A stretch of 20,000 nt of DNA from an uncultured virus (IMG/VR IMGVR_UViG_3300009993_000002) (lineage: Duplodnaviria > Heunggongvirae > Uroviricota > Caudoviricetes): IMG/VR virus record IMGVR_UViG_3300009993_000002. One strand, given 5' to 3'. Positions 13,624 to 20,000 of this stretch are shown here, piece by piece. The number at the start of each line of letters is the position of its first letter. Position 1 is the stretch's first letter. The position numbers were made by a program, and so were the translations under genes. The notes under the pieces are model-generated. The model ran no database searches, was not told the origin of the DNA, and saw only the letters and a list, made by a program, of their open reading frames with translations.

Positions 13624-16600
13624 TCAGACCATGAACCAGTTGCCCCCCGAGGGAATGAGCGTCATGGAATCCCACTGGGCGGCGAGGTTCTTCGTGGTCG
13701 CGCCGTCGATGGTCTCCGAGGCGTTGCCGTCCACCGTGACGGCATTTCCGCTTGAGTCGATCTTCTTCACGGTGATCGGGTCGGTGCGCCCCGTGGCGGT
13801 CGGCAGTGTGATGGTGACGCCGCCACTGGTGGCATCGACCAGGATCACCTGGTCGAAGTACGTGGCGGTGTAGGCCGAGGTCTTCGTCGTCACGGGGAAT
13901 GTGAGCTGCGAGTTCCGCAGCCGGAGGCCAGTCGGGGAGTCCACCGTGAGGTTGGCGGCCGTGAAGAGGCCAGCCAGGGTGATTTCGCCGCGCGCTGCGG
14001 CCAGCCCCGTTCCGCTGGTCCGGTCACCGAAGCGTGGCGTGCTCGTCTCAGTGTCGATCTTCAGATACATGGTGGGACCCAGGCCGCCCGTGCCGGGCCC
14101 GAAGATGTACACCAGGAACGTGCATGTCTCGATCGACAGGAGGGTGGCGTGGATCGAGTGGGCGGCGCCCACCGATCCGTAGTAGCTGCCCACCGGGCAG
14201 AAGGCTGCCCAGCAGTACAGAATGCGCATGGCGTAGATGTCGGTATGCTCGGTGACGAGGATGCCGTAGGTGTACCCGCCGCCGATGGTGAGGTTGGTGA
14301 CCACGGTGTTGTCGTTGGCCCCATTGGCGGGCAGCAGGATACCGATGGCCAGACCCGTCGCGAACAGGTTCGGGTTCTGGTAGCTGGCGCCCGGAGGCGC
14401 GACAGTTCCCGAGGTGGAAACGGCCATGTCCCGGAGCCTGGCGTTCGCGACTCCCGAGAGATCGAGGGCCGAGTAGGTCAGGCCGTTGCGGCTGTGGCAC
14501 GTCAGGATCGACAGGTCGCCGATGTCCACGTGGACGTTGGAGAAGACGCCCGGCGCCACGCCGTAGCCGCCCGGCTGCGAGGGCCCTCCGATGACGGCGG
14601 CATTGCCGTTCGCGTTGATGGAGTTGACCTGCGCGGTCGCGTTGGCGAACATGCCGAAGCTGACGAGCGTGCTGCCGGTGGTGTTGGGGTAGGTCTGCTG
14701 CCAGTGCTGGACGCCGGACCCGTTGATGTCTCCCTTGATCGACAGGGTCAGCTTGCGCCCCGTCGCGGGCACCACGGGGAGAGTGAGCTGCGAGTTGCCG
14801 AGGGTCGAGCCGCCGGTCTTCAGGGCCCCGGCGACACCGTAGAAAGCTCCCCGGGCAGGCGGGATGTAGACGGTCGCGGCGTAGGAGTGCGCGAGGCCGT
14901 AGGCCACGGCCGCGTCGATGGCCCTCTGGATGGCGACCGTGTCGTCCGTGGCCCACAGGACCGGAACTCCGGTCACCGTGGATGCGGCGTTCACCGAGAG
15001 GGTGACCTGCGTCGCGCTGGTGTAGGAGAGGATCGTTCCGGTGATGGTCTCGCCGGACGTTCCGGCGTTCAGCACCAGGATGTTCTTGCCGACGTCCGCA
15101 GGCTTGAAAGGCGCGCTGGTGGAGCACGTGAGGACCGCCGAGCCCGACGTCATCGCCGCGTCGATGGCCAGCTTTCCGTCGCCGACGGCGCCGTACTTGG
15201 CGACATCGAAGATGTGGGCCGGTCCGCCTCCTGGCGTCTTCGTGTAGGTGCTGGTGGTGCCTGCAACGTAGGTGATGTTCGTGCCCAGGTAGAGGGAGCC
15301 GTTCCCGCCCCCGTCATTCAGTCCTGCGGTCGCCGCGTGGAGGTAGGCGTTGTCGATCTGCACGTGCGAGGTGTTGGTGAACGACGCGCCGTACTGGGGG
15401 GAGTTCGTCGAGCCCCCGCCGTCATCCACGCCGGGGAAGTTCGTCCAGTCGCCGATGATGAGCGGGGTGGTGGCGCCGTTCGCGGCCAGACCTGCATACC
15501 CGCCGCCGCCGGTACCTCCGTTACGGCCGTCGCGCCGGGTCATCAGGTTGGAGATGACGATCGGCGGGGTGCCGGTGCAGTCGAGGTAGACGCCGTTGAA
15601 GCCGTTGCGGTCGGTCGAGCAGCCCGACATCAGCATGCCGCCCGACCCGGCGCCGTTGCCCCAGTTGCCGCTCAGGTAGAAGCCGTGGTTGCCGTTCCAC
15701 TCGGCGCGGCAGCCGACCATCTGAGAGTTGGCCGCGTTCTGGAGCATCCAGCCGTTGGACCAGTTCCCGATCGCCTGGCAGTCGACGGCCGTGAGGTCGA
15801 CCATGCGCTCACCGAAGAAGCCGTGGGCGTGGTTGTTGTCGAGCATCACCCGGTGCATGCGCCAGGAGTACGGAGCGATGCCACCCTGGAGGCCGCAGTA
15901 GATGCCGGAGTTCGGGAAACGCCGGATCGTGACGTCGCGCAGGGCCACGTTCTGCACGTTGCCCTTGGCCTGGATGCCGTCGACTCCGGCACCGAGATTC
16001 CCTCCGTCGAGGGTGACGTTCAGGATCCGCTGCTCGCCAGAGATGTCCGCGTAGCCACCATCGGTGGCGTCCAGGAAGCGGATCGCGGCAACTCCGGTGA
16101 AGGTGCCGAGCGGTTTGATCTGGGCGTTCGGCTCGTAAAGGTCGGTGACCGTCATGAGGTCCGACCGCAGGGTCATCAGCGTCTTGCCCGGCGGCACGAC
16201 GATCGGCTCGTCGATGGCGTACGTGCGGGGCGGCAGGGCGATGACACTGCCAGCGGGGGACGTGTCGAGGATGGCGTTGATGGCGGGCGCGTCGTCGGTG
16301 GCGCCGTCACCGACGACGCCGTGGTCCATGCCGTTGATCCACAGGGAGTCCTGCGCCACATACAGGCCGTCGGCCGTGGTCTGGTCGAGTGCTCCGACGT
16401 CGGCGGCCGTCAGTGTTACGTCACCGTCTTCACCGTTGACCGAGGTGACCAGGGCGTCAGGCATCTGCGCGGCGGGAACCTTGCCTGTCGAGTCGAGAGA
16501 GGCCACGCCGTTCGCCACGCCGACCATGTCCGTGGTGAGGACCGGGTCTCCGTCGGGGCCGCCGCCGAAGTTCGAGCGGGCGATGGTCCCTGGTGCGTTG

Positions 16601-19600
16601 AGGTCGAGCGCCCCGACTGACAGCGTTCCCTTCGTGATCAGCATGTTGCCCACGATGAGGTTGCTGCCCGACCCTCCGACGGACTCCTCGCGGATCAGGG
16701 ATCGCGCAGCCCCGTTCACCGTGTGGGAGGCGATGGAGTTGTTCGCCACGAGGTTGCCAGTTGCGCCGAATTCCAGGTGAATTCCGGAGAAGGCGCCAGC
16801 CGTACCTACCGCACCGATGCCGAAGATGGTGTTTCCTTCGACCAGGCAGTTTGTTGCCGCAATGAAGACGGCGTCACCGGCAACTCCGTCGAAGTTGCAT
16901 CCGATGATCTTCGTGGCCGACGCGTCCTGCACGCGAATGGCCGGTCGGCTGTTTCCGCCGTTGACGAAGTTGCATCCTAGGATCGTCTGCGTTCCGGCCG
17001 AATCATGGATCATGCCCATCGCCATGCCCGATCCGCCGAGGAACTGAAAGTCGCACGCAACGATCAGGTTCTCGTCGTTCGACGTCATGTATATCGCACT
17101 GCCCTCGAAGGTCGAGGTGTTCGCGTTGTCGAAGAGGCAGTGCGCGATGATGTTGTTGTGGCCGAAAGCCGTGCTGTTCATGCCCGACAGCACCAGGGCG
17201 GTGCTCTTGATGGAAGTAAAGTGGATGCGCTGGAAGACGCATTCCACAGCACCCATTGCCCAGATGCCGCCGTTCGGGCCGATCGTCTGATTGGCGAGGT
17301 TGCCGTCGAGGGTGAAGTTGGAGAACGTCGAACGCGTCTCATCGCCAGAGAAAGTGATCGCATTGTCGTTCATTCCGTCGGCCAGCTTCAGCACGGTTCC
17401 CCACCCGGAACCGATCAGCCCGAGGCCGACCCCGCTGGGCCAGTTGATCGTGGCACCCAGCGAGAACGTGCCGTCGAGCAGTCGGACGTTTCCCTTTCCG
17501 GGTGCCGCGTTCACCAGGTCGATGGCCTGCTGGATGACGAGGTGGTCGTCAGTGCCAGTGCAGACGAAGTCGGCACCGCTCTGATTTCGGGAATCGCTCG
17601 CCGCCACGACGACATCGCCTACGCCCACATCGGAGGCGACGAGGCTTACGTCGGGCCCGCTGTAGCCGTTGACGGTTTCCACGACGCTCTCTCCGGCGGT
17701 CGTGGAATCCACGATCAGGCCGAGCGCTTCGAGGGCGTTCAGCAGGCTCTCCAGGCCCGCACCCGTGGTCCGGGCCCCCGAAACCGACTGCTGCCCCACG
17801 GGCGTCGCACCGAAGAAACCGGCCTGGCCAGCAGCGCCGTCCAGCGTGTGACCGGTCGTGTCGAACGGACCGTCGCCGAAGACCCACTTACCGGAGGCGT
17901 GCGCCGTGAACTCTCCGGACTCCAGGCGGAGGTAAGTGTGCTGCTCCCCAAGGAAGTTGACCAGCTCGTAGACCGAAAGGAAGAGGTCAGCACCTGAGGC
18001 GTCGAGATCCAGGGCGGTGCCCGACTGCCGGAAACGGTAGCTCTTCGCGTCTTCCTGACCGACCAGGAAATCGGAGTCGATGAGGGCCAGCACGCCAGCG
18101 CTGAGCCGCCTCAGGAAGGTGTCCATTGAGCCGGAGCCCGAACCCCACTGCATCTCGCCGTCGGCGAGGCGGCGCCACATGTCGTTGGTGCTGGCCAGCG
18201 CCCGGGAGGACTGCGCCACGTCGCTGTCGGACGGGCGCAGGGATGACACGGTGCCCGTGAACTCCGCCCCGGAGAGCTGGGCGTAGCCGCTCAGGTCGAC
18301 GGCAGCCCCGCCGCTGGGGCCCGATCCGAACTTGCCCGCCTTGACGAACAGGGCCTGAGACGCGTCGGAGAGGTTGGCCGCAGTTCCCGATACCGCCAGA
18401 AAGCCCAGGTTGATGGCATTTCCAGGAAGGGCCTCGTTGACCGAGAAGGCTTCCTTGCCCGCCGCGCCGACCGCCGATTCCAGATCCGCGTACGTCTGCT
18501 GCCCGTACTGAAGGATGTAGATCTCGGAACCCTCGTTCGGCGGGAGCATCCAGAGCTGGTGAAGTACGAATTCACCGCCGGGTACAGGCGTGAGAGTTCC
18601 GCCGCTGTCGTAATGCCCGACATCGACAATCGGATCGGCGGCCCCGAGGTCAAGATCGGTATCCCTCAGGAGGTGAATCCATGCAGCGGGCGACGTGGAG
18701 GACGTGGGGACGATGTGCGGATTGTTGGTCTCGGTTCCGCCGTCGAAGTGATTCCATCCACGGGAGAAAACCTGCCCGCTGCCTACGTTGAGCCGAAGGT
18801 TCGCACCGTTCGGGCTCACGTCGTTACCGGAGATGTTGAACGCACCGATGGCGTCCATCAGGTCGTAGAGCTGGTTCACCGCATTGCGGGCGATCGTGGG
18901 GATCGACTGGGCCAGGAAGATCGACCCGTTGTGCTGGGCCACCATGCCGATGACGATGAAGGTCCGGCGGTCTTCCGGCAGGGGGCGCGATCCCTGCTGG
19001 TAGACGTTCAGGTCGGCGTCCATCAGCAGCCAGGTGATGTCGCGGGTCTGCGCAACGCTGTCCAGCTCGACGGTGATGACGCTCGTGCTCTCCACGTGCG
19101 TCACGACGGGAGGGCTCTGGAGGTAGTCGACGATCTGCCCGGTCAGCGGGTTGATATCGACAGCCAGCGGGTTCGAGAGGCTGGCGGAGATGTCGCCACC
19201 CGTGGCGATGCCGGTCTCCAGGCCGCCGCTCGGGCCCACGGGACCCTGCGGGCCCACGAGCGAGGCCAGCCACTGCTCCTCGGTCCCGACGAAACCTTCC
19301 TCGACGGCCACCTCGTAAGCCGATGCGCCGTCGGCACCGGGGGATCCAGGCGAGCCAGGATTTCCCGGAGGGCCCTGAATGGGGACGTATTCCACGCCGC
19401 AGACATCCACGGAAAGGATGTCCGTGATGTCCAGTGATCCAGACCCCTGCGGAAGGGAGAAGGTGCCGACATCCCAGGCACCTCCCACGAATTGCCGGAT
19501 CCGCCACAGGCGCCCCTCTTCGGGCAGGACGCCAGAAGCATCGGTGCAGACGAGGCTTTCCGAAAAGTGTCCGTTCTCGTCGAGCGTGACCTTTCCGCCG

Positions 19601-19752
19601 CCGAGGAGAATCTGGTTTCCACCCTGATCGGTCCAGCGCTCAGGAACCGGCTCGAAAATCACATAGTGGGAACCGTCGGTTCCGTCGTACGGCTCACCAT
19701 TGACCGGGTTCACGTACGTTCCGGTGACGGTGCGTTCGGTCGGAAGCGCCAC
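13624..19752 (-). CDS. Very large tail fibre/tailspike-like protein with multiple pectin-lyase-like (right-handed beta-helix) modules (2042 aa)
   Basis: Collagen-like GPPGNPGSPGSPGADG plus GASAYEVAVEEGFVGTEEQWLASLVGPQGP; two VxxVNGxxG..VxLxAxDVG linkers; three beta-helix starts (ADFVCTGTDDHLVIQQAID; DHGVVGDGATDDAPAIN; FDVAKYGAVGDG...DDTVAIQRAID); C-terminal DATSGGVTITLP...VKKIDSSGNAVTV..TIDG; AAAGGAGG RBS. Confidence 0.88.
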   Translation of the reverse strand: MALPTERTVTGTYVNPVNGEPYDGTDGSHYVIFEPVPERWTDQGGNQILLGGGKVTLDENGHFSESLVCTDASGVLPEEGRLWRIRQFVGGAWDVGTFSLPQGSGSLDITDILSVDVCGVEYVPIQGPPGNPGSPGSPGADGASAYEVAVEEGFVGTEEQWLASLVGPQGPVGPSGGLETGIATGGDISASLSNPLAVDINPLTGQIVDYLQSPPVVTHVESTSVITVELDSVAQTRDITWLLMDADLNVYQQGSRPLPEDRRTFIVIGMVAQHNGSIFLAQSIPTIARNAVNQLYDLMDAIGAFNISGNDVSPNGANLRLNVGSGQVFSRGWNHFDGGTETNNPHIVPTSSTSPAAWIHLLRDTDLDLGAADPIVDVGHYDSGGTLTPVPGGEFVLHQLWMLPPNEGSEIYILQYGQQTYADLESAVGAAGKEAFSVNEALPGNAINLGFLAVSGTAANLSDASQALFVKAGKFGSGPSGGAAVDLSGYAQLSGAEFTGTVSSLRPSDSDVAQSSRALASTNDMWRRLADGEMQWGSGSGSMDTFLRRLSAGVLALIDSDFLVGQEDAKSYRFRQSGTALDLDASGADLFLSVYELVNFLGEQHTYLRLESGEFTAHASGKWVFGDGPFDTTGHTLDGAAGQAGFFGATPVGQQSVSGARTTGAGLESLLNALEALGLIVDSTTAGESVVETVNGYSGPDVSLVASDVGVGDVVVAASDSRNQSGADFVCTGTDDHLVIQQAIDLVNAAPGKGNVRLLDGTFSLGATINWPSGVGLGLIGSGWGTVLKLADGMNDNAITFSGDETRSTFSNFTLDGNLANQTIGPNGGIWAMGAVECVFQRIHFTSIKSTALVLSGMNSTAFGHNNIIAHCLFDNANTSTFEGSAIYMTSNDENLIVACDFQFLGGSGMAMGMIHDSAGTQTILGCNFVNGGNSRPAIRVQDASATKIIGCNFDGVAGDAVFIAATNCLVEGNTIFGIGAVGTAGAFSGIHLEFGATGNLVANNSIASHTVNGAARSLIREESVGGSGSNLIVGNMLITKGTLSVGALDLNAPGTIARSNFGGGPDGDPVLTTDMVGVANGVASLDSTGKVPAAQMPDALVTSVNGEDGDVTLTAADVGALDQTTADGLYVAQDSLWINGMDHGVVGDGATDDAPAINAILDTSPAGSVIALPPRTYAIDEPIVVPPGKTLMTLRSDLMTVTDLYEPNAQIKPLGTFTGVAAIRFLDATDGGYADISGEQRILNVTLDGGNLGAGVDGIQAKGNVQNVALRDVTIRRFPNSGIYCGLQGGIAPYSWRMHRVMLDNNHAHGFFGERMVDLTAVDCQAIGNWSNGWMLQNAANSQMVGCRAEWNGNHGFYLSGNWGNGAGSGGMLMSGCSTDRNGFNGVYLDCTGTPPIVISNLMTRRDGRNGGTGGGGYAGLAANGATTPLIIGDWTNFPGVDDGGGSTNSPQYGASFTNTSHVQIDNAYLHAATAGLNDGGGNGSLYLGTNITYVAGTTSTYTKTPGGGPAHIFDVAKYGAVGDGKLAIDAAMTSGSAVLTCSTSAPFKPADVGKNILVLNAGTSGETITGTILSYTSATQVTLSVNAASTVTGVPVLWATDDTVAIQRAIDAAVAYGLAHSYAATVYIPPARGAFYGVAGALKTGGSTLGNSQLTLPVVPATGRKLTLSIKGDINGSGVQHWQQTYPNTTGSTLVSFGMFANATAQVNSINANGNAAVIGGPSQPGGYGVAPGVFSNVHVDIGDLSILTCHSRNGLTYSALDLSGVANARLRDMAVSTSGTVAPPGASYQNPNLFATGLAIGILLPANGANDNTVVTNLTIGGGYTYGILVTEHTDIYAMRILYCWAAFCPVGSYYGSVGAAHSIHATLLSIETCTFLVYIFGPGTGGLGPTMYLKIDTETSTPRFGDRTSGTGLAAARGEITLAGLFTAANLTVDSPTGLRLRNSQLTFPVTTKTSAYTATYFDQVILVDATSGGVTITLPTATGRTDPITVKKIDSSGNAVTVDGNASETIDGATTKNLAAQWDSMTLIPSGGNWFMV

Positions 19753-19815
19753 GGGTCCCTCCTTTGTATGGGAGCAGCGTAACCAGGAAAGACGCGCTTG
19801 GCCGATACTGCTGGA

Positions 19816-20000
19816 TCAAGCACCTACGGCAACCCACGGACCCGCGATGTCGGATCCCGTGTTCGATGCGGGAACGAGGGGTGACGGAAGGGTGGTGCGA
19901 CCCGATCCGTTCTTGGCGAATCGGTATGTGGCGGCCGTGAGACCGACGTTCGCCGCCGCATCGACACCGGTCCAGCCGGATCCTCGGGTGAGGGTGGGCG
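19816..20000 (-). CDS. 3' end of an upstream gene, probably a virion/tail-type protein (...NVGLTAATYRFAKNGSGRTTLPSPLVPASNTGSDIAGPWVAVGA)
   Basis: Open frame from the window edge to TGA at 19816-19818; Gly/Thr/Ala-rich beta-type composition ending in a W-x-A motif. Confidence 0.6.
   Translation of the reverse strand, partial: PTLTRGSGWTGVDAAANVGLTAATYRFAKNGSGRTTLPSPLVPASNTGSDIAGPWVAVGA

Noticed and set aside
14149..16620. 823-aa plus-strand ORF and other ORFs inside the 2042-aa gene
   Set aside because: Antisense shadows of the tail-fibre-like gene.

Overview
High-GC, actinobacterial (Streptomyces-like) mobile-element DNA, most consistent with a phage, prophage or phage-plasmid. Almost all genes are on the minus strand. 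The right end carries virion-type genes: a 2042-aa tail fibre/tailspike-like protein with several beta-helix modules, and the end of another tail-type gene. The middle carries an HU-family protein, a FtsK/TraB-type ATPase, a replication-initiator-like HTH protein and many small hypothetical genes. The most notable part is an RNA-rich stress module at about 2.5-8.3 kb. It encodes a Ro60/Rsr (TROVE+vWA) protein preceded by three tandem Y-RNA-like units. These share a conserved, covarying stem but carry different inserts, one of which is a circularly permuted tRNA domain (YrlA type). The module also has a TerF-like vWA protein, a Ter-type ATP-grasp enzyme and a separate RNA cluster. That cluster holds a normal tRNA-Ile(GAU) and two tRNA-like RNAs whose anticodon loops are enlarged by an internal hairpin. 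A (GG)CCTRGGCC motif recurs at five promoter regions. All family assignments come from motif recognition by eye; no database search was run.
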